From assembly GCA_030390025.1 (NCBI GenBank), contig JASTWF010000324.1:434001-498000 (forward strand): a stretch of 64,000 nucleotides of DNA, written 5' to 3'. Positions 1 to 10,500 of this stretch are shown piece by piece. The notes under the pieces are model-generated. The model was not told where the DNA came from. It made no database searches and saw only the letters and a program-made list of their open reading frames with translations. The position numbers and the translations under genes were made by a program. This stretch comes from Squalus acanthias. Lineage: Eukaryota. Numbering within the stretch: the first letter of the stretch is position 1; each line of letters starts with the position of its first letter.

Positions 1-478
1 TCACACTCACACACAAACTCACACTTACACACACAATCACTCTCACACACACACAATCACACACTCACACACACACACACAATCACACTCACACACACAC
101 ACTCACACATACACTAACACACACTCACACACTCACACACACACATTAACACACACTCACACACACATTAACACACACTCACACACTCAAACACACACTC
201 ACACACACTCACACACTCGCACACTCAAATGCACTCTCACACACTCATGCATTCACACACTCACACAGACTCGCACACTCACACACACTCACACACTCAC
301 ACTCGCACACTTCAAACGCACTCTCACACACTCACACACACTCACACACACTCGCATACTCACACAAACACACACCAACGCAGACATATACAAACACAGA
401 TACACATAGACACACAAACACATGTGCATACTCAGACACAGACACACTCACACATACACCAACACACAAACATACACC
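1..478. repeat. (CA)n/(CACT)n degenerate microsatellite
   Basis: Direct reading of sequence. Confidence 0.95.
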
Positions 479-815
479 TCTGAGTCAGAAGGTTGTGGGT
501 TCAAGTTCCAGTCCAGAGACTTGAGCACATAAATCGAGGCTGACACTCCAGTGCAGTGTTGAGGGAGCGCTGCACTGTCGGAGGTGCCGTCCTTTGGATG
601 AGGTGTCTGGGCAAGTATTTATCCCTCAATCAACAACACTAAAACAGATTATTTGGGCATTATTGCAATGCTGTTTGTGGGAGCTCGCTGTGTACAATTG
701 GCTGCCATGTTTCTAATATTACAACAGTGACTACACTTCTAACGTACTTCATTGGCTGTAAAGCACATTGGGAAGTCATGAGGTCATGAATGACGCTATA
801 TAAATGCAAGTTTTA
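477..815 (+). mobile_element. tRNA-derived Deu-domain SINE (SacSINE1-like), internally deleted copy
   Basis: B-box-like GGTTCAAGTTCC; body and tail match copies at 33396-35400 and 58303-58685; family name from recall. Confidence 0.7.
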
Positions 816-835
816 CATTCTTTCTTTCTTGTCTC

Positions 836-3800
836 CCCTGCGAGTGTTTGATGGGACAGTGTAGAGGGATCTTTACTCTGTATCTAACCCGTGCTGTACC
901 TGCCCTGGGAGTGTTTGATGGGACAGTGTAGAGGGAGCTTTCCTCTGTATCTAACCCGTGATGTACCTGCCCTGGGAGTGTTTGATGGGACAGTGTAGAG
1001 GGAGCTTTCCTCTGTATCTAACCCGTGCTGTACCTGGCCTGGGAGTGTTTGATGGGACAGTGTAGAGGGGGCTATACTCTGCATCATACCCGTGCTGTAC
1101 CTGCCCTGGGAGAGTTTGATGGGACAGTGTAGAGGGAGTTTTACTCTGTATCTAACCCGTGCTGTACCTGCCCTGGGAGTGTTTGATGGGACAGTGTAGA
1201 GGGAGCTTTACTATGTATCTAACGCGTGTTGTACCTGCCTTGGGAGTGTTTGATGGGGACAGTGTAGAGGGAGCTTTACGCTGTATCTAACCCGTGCTGT
1301 ACCTGCCCTGGGAGTGTTTGATGGGACAGTGTAGAGGGAGCTTTACTATGTATCTAACGCGTGTTGTACCCTCGTGTTTGTTGGGACAGGGTAGAGGGAG
1401 CTTTACACTGTATCTAACCCGTGCTGTACCTGCCCTGGGAGTGTTTGATGGGGACAGTGTAGAGGGAGCTTTACTATGTATCTATCCCGTGCTGTATCTG
1501 CCCTGGGAGTGTTTGTTGGGACAGTGTAGAGGGAGCTTTACTCTGTATCTAACCTGTGCTGTACCTGGCCTGGGAGTGTTTGATGGGACAGTGTAGAGGG
1601 AGTTTTACTCTGTATCTAACCCGTGCTGTACCTGCCCTGGGAGTTTTTGATGGGACAGTGTAGAGGGACCTTTACTCTGTATCTAACCCGTGCTGTACCT
1701 GCCCTGGGAGTGTTTGTTGGGACAGTGTAGAGGGAGCTTTACTCTGTATCTAACCCGTGCTGTACCTGGCCTGGGAGTGTTTGATGGGACAGAGTAGAGG
1801 AAGTTTTACTCTGTATCTACCCCGTGCTGTACCTGGCCTGGGTTTGTTTGATGGGACAGTGTAGAGGGACCTTTACTCTGTATCTAACCCGTGCTGTACC
1901 TGCCCTGGGAGTGTTTGTTGGGACAGTGTAGAGGGAGCTTTACTCTGTATCTAACCCGTGCTGTACCTGGCCTGGGAGTGTTTGATGGGACAGAGTAGAG
2001 GAAGTTTTACTCTGTATCTACCCCGTGCTGTACCTGGCCTGGGTTTGTTTGATGGGACAGTGTAGAGGGAGCTTTAATCTGTATCTAACCCGTGCTGTAC
2101 CTGCCCTGGGAGTGTTTGATGGGACAGTGTAGAGGGAGCTTTACTCTGTATCTAACCCCGTGCTGTACCTGCCCTGGGAGCGTTTGATGGGAAAGTGTAG
2201 AGGGAGCTTTACTCTGTATCTAACCCGTGCTGTACCTGCCCTGGGAGTGTTTGATGGGACAGTGTAGAGGGAGCTTTACTCTGTATCTAACCCGTGCTGT
2301 ACCTGCCCTGGGAGTATTTGATGGGGACAGTGTAGAGGGAGCTTTGCTCTGTATCTAACCCGTGCTGTATCTGCCCTGGGGGTGTTTGTTGGGACAGTGT
2401 AGAGGGAGCTTTACTCTGTATCTTACCCGTGCTGTACCTGCCCTGGGAATGTTTGATGGGACAGTGTAGAGGGAGCTTTACTCTGTATCTAACCTGTGCT
2501 GTACCTGCCCTGGGAGTGTTTGATGGGACAGTGTAGAGGGAGTTTTACTCTGTATCTAACCCGTGCTGTACCTGCCCTGGGAGTGTTTGATAGGACAGTG
2601 TAGAGGGACCTTTACTCTGTATCTAACCCGTGCTGTACCTGCCCTGGGAGTGTTTGTTGGGACAATGTAGAGGGAGCTTTACTCTGTATCTAACCCGTGC
2701 TGTACCTGCCCTGGGAGTGTTTGATGGGACAGTGTAGAGGGAGCTTTACTCTGTATCTAACCCGTGCTGTACCTGCCCTGGGAATGTTTGATGGGACAGT
2801 GTAGAGGGAGCTTTACTCTGTATCTAACCCGTGCTGTACCTGGCCTGGGAGTGTTTGATGGGACAGTGTAGAGTGAGCTTTCCTCTGTATCTACCCCGTG
2901 CTGTACCTGACCTGGGAGTGTTTGATGGGACAGTGTAGAGGGAGCTTTACTCTGTATCTAACCTGTGCTGTACCTGCCCTGGGAGTGCTTGATGAGACAG
3001 TGTTGAGGGATCTTTACTCTGTATCTACCCCGTGCTGTACCTGCCCTGGGAGTGTTTGATGGGACAGTGTAGTGGGAGCTTTACTCTGAATCTAACCTGT
3101 GCTGTACCTGCCCTGGGAGTGTTTGATGGGACAGTGTAGAGGGAGCTTTACTCTGTATCGATCCCTTGCTGTACCTGCCCTGGGAGTGTCTGATGTGACA
3201 GTGTAGAGGGAGCTTTACTCTGTATCTAACCCGTGCTGTACCTGCCTGGGAGTGTTTGACGGGACAGTGTAGAGGGAGCTTTACTCTGTATCTAACCCCG
3301 TGCTGTACCTGCCCTGGGTTTGTTTGATGGGACAGTGTAGAGGGAGCTTTAATCTGTATCTAACCCGTGCTGTACCTGTCCTGGGAATGTTTGATGTGAC
3401 GGTGTAGAGGTAGCATTACTCTGTACCTAACCCTGTACTGTACCTGCCCTGGGAGTGTTTTATGGGACAGTGTAGAGGGAGCTTTACTCTGTATCTAACC
3501 CCGTGCTGTACCTGCCCTGGGAGTGTTTGATGGGACAGTGTCGAGGGAGCTTTCTTCTGTATGCAACCCCGTGCTGTACCTGCCCTGGGAGTGTTTGATA
3601 GGACAGTGTAGAGGGAGCTTTACTCTGTATCTTCCCCGTGCTGTACCTGTCCTGGGAGTGTTTGATGGGACAGTGTAGAGGGAGCTTTACTCTGTATCTA
3701 ACCCCATGCTGCACCTGCCCTGGGAGTGTTTGATGGGACAGTGTAGAGGCAGTTTTCCTCTGTATCTAATCCGTGCTATACTTGCCCTGGGAGTGTTTGA

Positions 3801-4083
3801 TGGGACAGTGTAGAGGGAGCTTTACTCTGTATCTAACCTGTGCTGTACCTGCCCTGGGAGTGTTTGATGGGACAGTGTAGAGGGAGCTTTACTCTGTATC
3901 TAACCCGTGCTGTTCCTGCCCTGGGAGTGTTTGATGGGACAGTGTAGAGGGAGCTTTACTCTGTATCTAACCCGTGCTGTACCTGTCCTGGGAGTGTTTG
4001 ATGGGACAGTGTGGAGGGAGCTTTACTTTGTATCTAATCCGTGCTGTACCTGCCCTGGGAGTGTTTGATGGGACAGTGTAGAG
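836..4083 (+). repeat. 67-bp tandem satellite, about 48 units
   Basis: Unit GGGAGTGTTTGATGGGACAGTGTAGAGGGAGCTTTACTCTGTATCTAACCCGTGCTGTACCTGCCCT; period 67 (842 to 909). Confidence 0.97.
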
Positions 4084-5742
4084 TGTAGAATTCGCAATTA
4101 TCACGATTTGATTAATAAGGAGAAAACACAAAGTTTCGTTCAAACAGCTTTTATTTCAGCGGAATGCTGTCAGGTTTAAATTGGACACAAGCAGCCTGTA
4201 AAATGGCCGCCGCACCTCGTGACAGAACATTCTAGACTTTTCAACAGGCAGACAAGATGGCGTTCCAATAAACATTTTTGCAGGATCGATAACGATTCAG
4301 CACAGTGAAGACAATACACAGGACATTATGGGTTTACAGTATAAACATCGATACTGGAATCGGTCTCCCAGGTACAAAGGAAAGCCATTAAGGGCCCATC
4401 CAAAGGACATTAATATGTAAACTCCCAACGGCTCTACGATGAGAGAGCCGTTAGCAGGTAGTTATACAGGACACTTGGAAGCCCCAAACCCCTCCAGGGG
4501 GAACACCGACCGATTTAACAATGGGAGAAATATTAGCAGGTACTCAAACATTCATGAGTAGCCCCGAAACCCATTAAGGACGGAGATCACCCATACAGGA
4601 CATTTTGGGCGCCAAACCTTAAACAAAAGAATGGACATTGTAGTTGGGCGGGAAACGGAAGAACTGTGCACTATAATTGCAGGCCCAAACCGTCCATTCG
4701 CTCTCTTGCTCTTGACTCTTGCCTCGTGTTCTTGACTCTTGCCGCTTGCTGCTGTTATCATCGTGGCTGCTCCTGTGTTTTATCCGGTCGATTCGTAACC
4801 TCGTGGCTGCTCCTGTGTAAAAGACTGTTGAACTTTCTGATCCGTTCGGATCTACCTCGTGTCGCGTAAAGAAGACCTATGTTGGTAGCTGGCAGCGGAA
4901 CCAAAGGCCCGAGATGAGATGAGATGAGATGAGAGGAGAAGAGAAGAAGACCTTATCCATCGCCACGGTCAGTAAATCCCGACCGCGCCTGTAGGTCGAT
5001 CAGCCAAGTCTTCTTGACAGGAAGTTTTCTTCTTTAACAAGACATATTGCATCGATGATAACTGGACTGTGCAAACACATCGTATCAGTGATATTGACAA
5101 CGGTGCTCCACCATACCTTGTACCAACCAACAGAGGTCTTCACTACAGCGGACGGTCCAGCCGACTGACCGAGCAGCAGAAGCAGTAAACAAGTGGGACC
5201 AGGAGATCTCCTGACCAACACGTGGGTGCTGCGGTGAAAAACATCCGATCAGCTATTCGGGATTTCTCCGAGTTATTACGAGTGGTGAGCATGAGTCTCG
5301 AGATCCTACGAAGCTAGTTTAGGATAGATATTGATAGGGGAGGGTTTAAAGATTAAGGATATTTGTAATGTGTGCCCTATTTACGTTGTGCCGTTCGTTC
5401 CTCGTTTCCCTAAGAGTGATTATAACCGTTTGTAAGATTGTACTGTCATTAATCTGTGCATATGACATGTATTTCATAATTTTAAGTATCATGCAATAAA
5501 GATTTTCCATTTCGTACCGTTCAAACCAAGTCTACATGAGTTTTATCTCCATTACTGCTCTCGCATCTAAGTCCAGTGTCTAGAACCGTAAGGGAGAGTG
5601 ATTCGAACCACTCACAGGGGTGTCTAGTGTTCCCAGACTGGCTGGAGACCAGGCCTAGACCCGCACTGACATACAGGCTGCACAGAGCCGCGTGAATCTC
5701 ACAGGCTACGAGACACGCAGGGTCAGGAGAGAATCCCTTACA
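4084..5742 (+). repeat. 5' LTR of provirus 1 (1659 bp)
   Basis: Begins TGTAGAATTCGC, ends CCCTTACA; near-identical to 15149-16806. Confidence 0.97.
4600..4680 (+). promoter_or_regulatory. Putative LTR core promoter: two E2F-like sites and TATA-like TATAAT (4672-4677)
   Basis: GCGCCAAA 4609-4616, GCGGGAAA 4648-4655 and GCACTATAA are all retained in the diverged LTR of provirus 2. Confidence 0.5.
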
Positions 5743-5746
5743 GAAA

Positions 5747-7558
5747 ATGGCGACCGCGGCAGGACGCTGGCAGCGAGAGGGTAATGTGTTAGACTTTGGA
5801 ATGACTGTACGAAATGTTATGCAGGAAAAGATAGCGGATTATGTGTTTGGAAAGGTTAATCTAACTAAGAAATGGATAAGTGAATTGTTAGCGGATAAGA
5901 GCCCACTAGAGGCAGCTGAAAGGTGGACTGATAGTAAGGAGCATAAAAAGGCAGTTGAGAAAGCAGTCTGGCTTATGTGCTACAAAAGGCAGGTTCAGAT
6001 TTCAAACCAGACCATTACAGCGCTAACAGCTCGTATCAGCCATTTAGAGGGAGAAATGGAGGAGAAGGTTTCTGGAGGGGAGGTGCTCATTAAGAATTTA
6101 AATGAGTTACGCCAGGAAAGCCAGGAAGTCTCCAGTTACCTTAAAACAAGGGTAGAGTATCTCGAGTGCCAGGTCACTGAAGCAAAATTGAACGAGAGTA
6201 GGATGAAAGAAAGATGTAACCGCCAAGCTGCCCAGATAAGAACTCAAGAAGAGAGCTTAATGGGGGTTAGGTCGGCGTATAAGTTGGCCCTTGAGGATAA
6301 GTTTCAGGGAGCCGACCATAGCGCCTGCCAAAAAGAGATAGAGAGCCTCAAAAAGGCCGTGAATAATGCGAACGGCATGGTGTGCCTTATTAATCCGTCG
6401 GCACGCCAGCCGCTAGTAAATGAGAGATTTAGAAATTCCCCACCATGTAAAGCGGAAGAAGTAGTAGCCACTGCGCCCTCCGCGCCACCCAGCTATTCAG
6501 AAACCTGGGTTAGGGAGGAAGCAACGGAAGAAGCAAAAGAGCCCGTTGAAAAGGAGGTAGAAAAGGGATCGTTGTATCCAGTAACGGGTATTAAAAGGGG
6601 CCCAAGCAGAAACGGTGGGGAAGAACCGGGGGATCTCCTCGGACAGCTGGTGTTGCCTCACAGTTCACATCAGCTGAGGGCCATGATAAACCACGTAAGG
6701 AAGCTGACCGAGATAGACGACCCTTCCGTACATTTCAGGGAAGTTGAGCAAGCCGCAGCCATTAACGGCTGCGATGATGGGGAGACAGCAAAAATGCTGC
6801 TGTTCTCGTTAGATAGCTCGGTCCTTCAGTGTCTCTCAGGCGATAGCAAGAGGGGTAACAAAAGTTATGAGGAATTGAAAAATGAGGTCCTAGAAGTAGT
6901 GGGAGCGAACGACGGAGGTCCGTTTGCTAGAGTGGGACAGACAGTGCAGATGGAGGGAGAACCCCCGAAGGTTTTTGCCGACAGGCTGTGGCCAGTATAT
7001 GAGCGCAGCTGTCTAGGTGCGCCCGAGCGCGAAGATGTGGAAGGCGCCGCTTTAATTCATTGGCTTAGGTGCATAATAGCCAACAGTTTACCAGCCGTTA
7101 GAGAGCAGGCAAAAGCCTGGTTCGATCCCAATGACCTCAACCTTACGGAAGAGTCGGTCTTGAATCGACTTACGTTAGGTTACCGTAACATAAGGGGTAT
7201 GACGACACGTCCCTTTAAGGGAAGAGTACATGAGGTACGACCCGCAGCCCCGACTCAAAGAGAGTGGCATCAGGAGGGTAATCGCGCCCCACAGGCAAGT
7301 AATGCCTGTTACGGGTGTGGGAAGACAGGGCACTGGCGCAAGCACTGCAGGAACCCTTGGAAGGATTCCAAGGATAAAAATCCCGCGGTCCGAGCCCAGA
7401 CGCCTGTCCCGCCTAAGGAAGCAAAGGCACCCACCTCTCCCGAAGACCTCGAAGCAGTGTTAGGAGTCATGCGCAAGATGGTTTTGAACGCGCGTGGACA
7501 GGTGGCGGTCGCAACCGGCCCCGTAGGTGCCGCAGGACCGTCTAATAGTGCCCCATGA
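5747..7558 (+). CDS. gag: Gag polyprotein, 603 aa
   Basis: Position after PBS; N-terminal coiled-coil region; CCHC knuckle CYGCGKTGHWRKHC (~7307-7348); PSAP and PPSY late-domain-like motifs. Confidence 0.93.
   Translation: MATAAGRWQREGNVLDFGMTVRNVMQEKIADYVFGKVNLTKKWISELLADKSPLEAAERWTDSKEHKKAVEKAVWLMCYKRQVQISNQTITALTARISHLEGEMEEKVSGGEVLIKNLNELRQESQEVSSYLKTRVEYLECQVTEAKLNESRMKERCNRQAAQIRTQEESLMGVRSAYKLALEDKFQGADHSACQKEIESLKKAVNNANGMVCLINPSARQPLVNERFRNSPPCKAEEVVATAPSAPPSYSETWVREEATEEAKEPVEKEVEKGSLYPVTGIKRGPSRNGGEEPGDLLGQLVLPHSSHQLRAMINHVRKLTEIDDPSVHFREVEQAAAINGCDDGETAKMLLFSLDSSVLQCLSGDSKRGNKSYEELKNEVLEVVGANDGGPFARVGQTVQMEGEPPKVFADRLWPVYERSCLGAPEREDVEGAALIHWLRCIIANSLPAVREQAKAWFDPNDLNLTEESVLNRLTLGYRNIRGMTTRPFKGRVHEVRPAAPTQREWHQEGNRAPQASNACYGCGKTGHWRKHCRNPWKDSKDKNPAVRAQTPVPPKEAKAPTSPEDLEAVLGVMRKMVLNARGQVAVATGPVGAAGPSNSAP
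5748..5765 (+). promoter_or_regulatory. Primer binding site, tRNA-Arg(UCG)
   Basis: TGGCGACCGCGGCAGGAC is the reverse complement of GTCCTGCCGCGGTCG+CCA, recalled as a vertebrate tRNA-Arg(UCG) 3' end; 5 nt after the LTR. Confidence 0.85.
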
Positions 7559-10500
7559 CTAGAACCAGCACAGCCCGTCTACCTGTGTCCGCTCAGCTAT
7601 GATGCGTGGAGGCGACCTGTGGTGGAGATGGAGGTAGAGAAACAAAAGGGCAGTTATTTGTTGGACACGGGAGCTTCTTGCACCATAATCCATACAGATG
7701 ACCCTTTTGACTCGCCGCTATCTACCAAGGTCCCATTCACGCTAGCAGGGTTCACAGGGAAAGAACAGGCTGGCACGTTTTCCCTCCCGCTATCCATTCG
7801 TTTAGGAACACTTCGCCTTAAGTGGAAGTGTATACTGATGGCATGGCAAAAGGGGGGTGGAAGAGGTATTCTCGGGTCCGATCTGCTAGCGGGACACGGG
7901 ATCCTCGTGGACCTCAGAAATCACTGTCTCTGGGGGGCTAAAGGTGAAAAAGGCGAGGTAATGGTGATTCAAGGGGAGGAAGAAACAGGGGTCCTGTGTA
8001 CCGTACAGCCATCCGGAGGCTACGACCTCAGGCTTATGGTCGCAGATGTCCCAACGGACATGCAAACGTACGTGACAGATAATATGCACGCGTTTGCAAC
8101 CCACAAGCACGATTGTGGGAGGGTGGTCGGGTTTGAGGTCAGCGTAGATGGGGACCCCATGACCCGACCCCAAAAGCAGTATAACTTCCCCAAAGAAGCA
8201 GAACCCGATATGGAGGCAGCAATGTCTTCCTTGGTGCAGCAGGGCGTGTTGAGGCCGATAGCCACACACGTGAACTCCCCATTATGGCCGGTTAGGAAGC
8301 CGGATAATTCGTGGAGAGCCACGGTGGACTACAGAGTCCTTAACAGTAACATTCCCGCCTGCGCGCCCACAGTAGCAGCAGTTGCTGACCTAATAGGGAG
8401 CATCCCAGCGTCCGCGACCACGTTCACGGTGCTGGATATCTCGAACGGTTTTTGGTCCATCCCGCTGCGGCGAGAGGACCAGTACAAGTTTGCCTTTACG
8501 TTTAAAGGGCAACAGTACACGTGGAACTGTTTGCCACAGGGTTTCCACAATAGCCCCAGTATTTTTCACCAGTGTATGGCAGGAAGTTTAAAGGAGTTTA
8601 GTCAGCCCAATCAGATAGTACAGTATGTGGATGATTTGCTCCTATTTACGGACTCAAGGGAGGAGCACGGACCACTACTGGACGAGTTATTGGAGCTGTT
8701 AGCGAGAAAGGGTTTTAAAGTAAACCCAAAGAAAGCACGTATCGGTCAGCAGGAAGTAAAATTCCTGGGACTGACCCTACGCGCTGGGGAAAGAGCCATA
8801 GACAAAGCAAGGAGGGAGTCGGTGCAAGAATTACCGATTCCCAACAACGTAAGGGGTGTGAGGTCCTTCTTGGGACTGACCGGTTACTGCAGGGATTTTA
8901 TCGAGGATTATGCGGCCACAGCGGCGCCGCTCCTCCGACTCCTCCATAAGGGGGTAGAGTGGCTTTGGGACGAGGGCTGCCAAGCAGCCTTCGAGAAGTT
9001 AAAAAGGGATCTGCAGACCGCGCCAGCCTTAGGGGCCATAGATGGGGGGAAGGAGTTTTTCCTGGAGGTAGCTGCCAGCGGAGACAGCTTAAGCGCCGTG
9101 CTGCTCCAAGAGCGTCACGGCAAGCTGAGGCCGGTTGTCTATTCATCCAGGGTATTAACGGATGTGGAGAGAAGTTTCTCCAATTGCGAAAGGCACCTTT
9201 TAGCCACGCATTGGGCTGTGAAAAGATCAGCGATCTTCACAGGGCTCTCTCCCATCACTCTCCTCACACATCACACACCAACTAAGATGCTTCTGGATGG
9301 GAGGATTAAAGACGGGACCGTAAGCAGCGCACGCATTGCGCGTTGGACCCTTCTTCTCTCCCAGTTGGATCTTAGAGTAAAAGGTCTTTGCGAGCCCAGG
9401 CTTGCGGCCAATTTGGTATACCCCGGTACAGCCCACCGGTGTTCGGTGGAAGGGGTGTGGGACGTCAACATAGGTTTACGGGCCGGGATACATCCCACTG
9501 GGCGCGAGATTTATGTTGATGGGTCTAGCACAGTGTCTGCTGGCGAGCGACTCACAGGGTGTGGAGTTTATGACCCTGCGGCAGACCTTGCCCTGGCGAT
9601 CAAGCTCCCTAGCACCATGAGCGCGCAGCAAGCTGAGCTGTCTGCCGTGGTGTACGTGGTAACCCACCCAGACATTTTCCCAACCCCATACACGATTTGC
9701 TCGGACAGTATGTTCACCTGCAATTCGTGTACGGAATACCTGGCCATTTGGTCCCGCCGTGGATACACCTCCGCGGACGGGCGACCTTTAACGGTGAAGC
9801 CCTTGCTGGAAAAGATCTTAGCAGCAGCAGTAGGGGAGGAAGGGGAGATTTTCATCCATAAGGTGAAAGCTCACTCCTCCACAGAGCCCCGTGGGGAGGG
9901 CAACCGGCAGGCGGATGCGCTAGCCAGGGAGGGTGCCCGCGACGGTACTTTCTGGAACCCCTATAGAACCGGACCCATAGCAGCGGTCCGAGGTGGGGAC
10001 GGGAATACCGGGAACACCAGGGTAGCATTGCCCCTAGACCTTAAGACCGTCCAAGCCCAGGATCCCGCCCTAAAAGCAGTCCTAAAAACGATTGCTGAGG
10101 GGAGGCAGGTAGAAGGTCCGTACAGTACGGCAACCCTCTCAGTTAAGGAAGGCATGCTGTTCCGCGAGGAGCAGTGGGTTGTGCCGCAGCAGCACAGGAG
10201 GGAATTCCTCCAGTTGGCTCACGAGGGACCAGGGGCAGGGCACCCCGGGCCCGAGGTTACCTGGCAACGGGTAGAGCAAGCGGGATGGTGGCCAGGGCTC
10301 AGGGAACAAGTCCGCGAGTTCTGTGCAAACTGTCTTGTGTGCGCTGCAAACAACCCAGACCCCCAGAAAAGGAAGGTGCCCATGGGACACGTAAGAAGGG
10401 TAGAGGGACCATGGCAGTCGATACAGATCGACTATATAGGACCCCTGCCCACCACCCAGGGAGGTTATAAGTACTGCCTCGTCCTGGTGGATGTGTTTTC

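Noticed and set aside
4552..5221. Short ORFs (60-75 aa) inside the LTR
   Set aside because: One is frameshifted between the two LTR copies, and none is clearly preserved in the provirus 2 LTR
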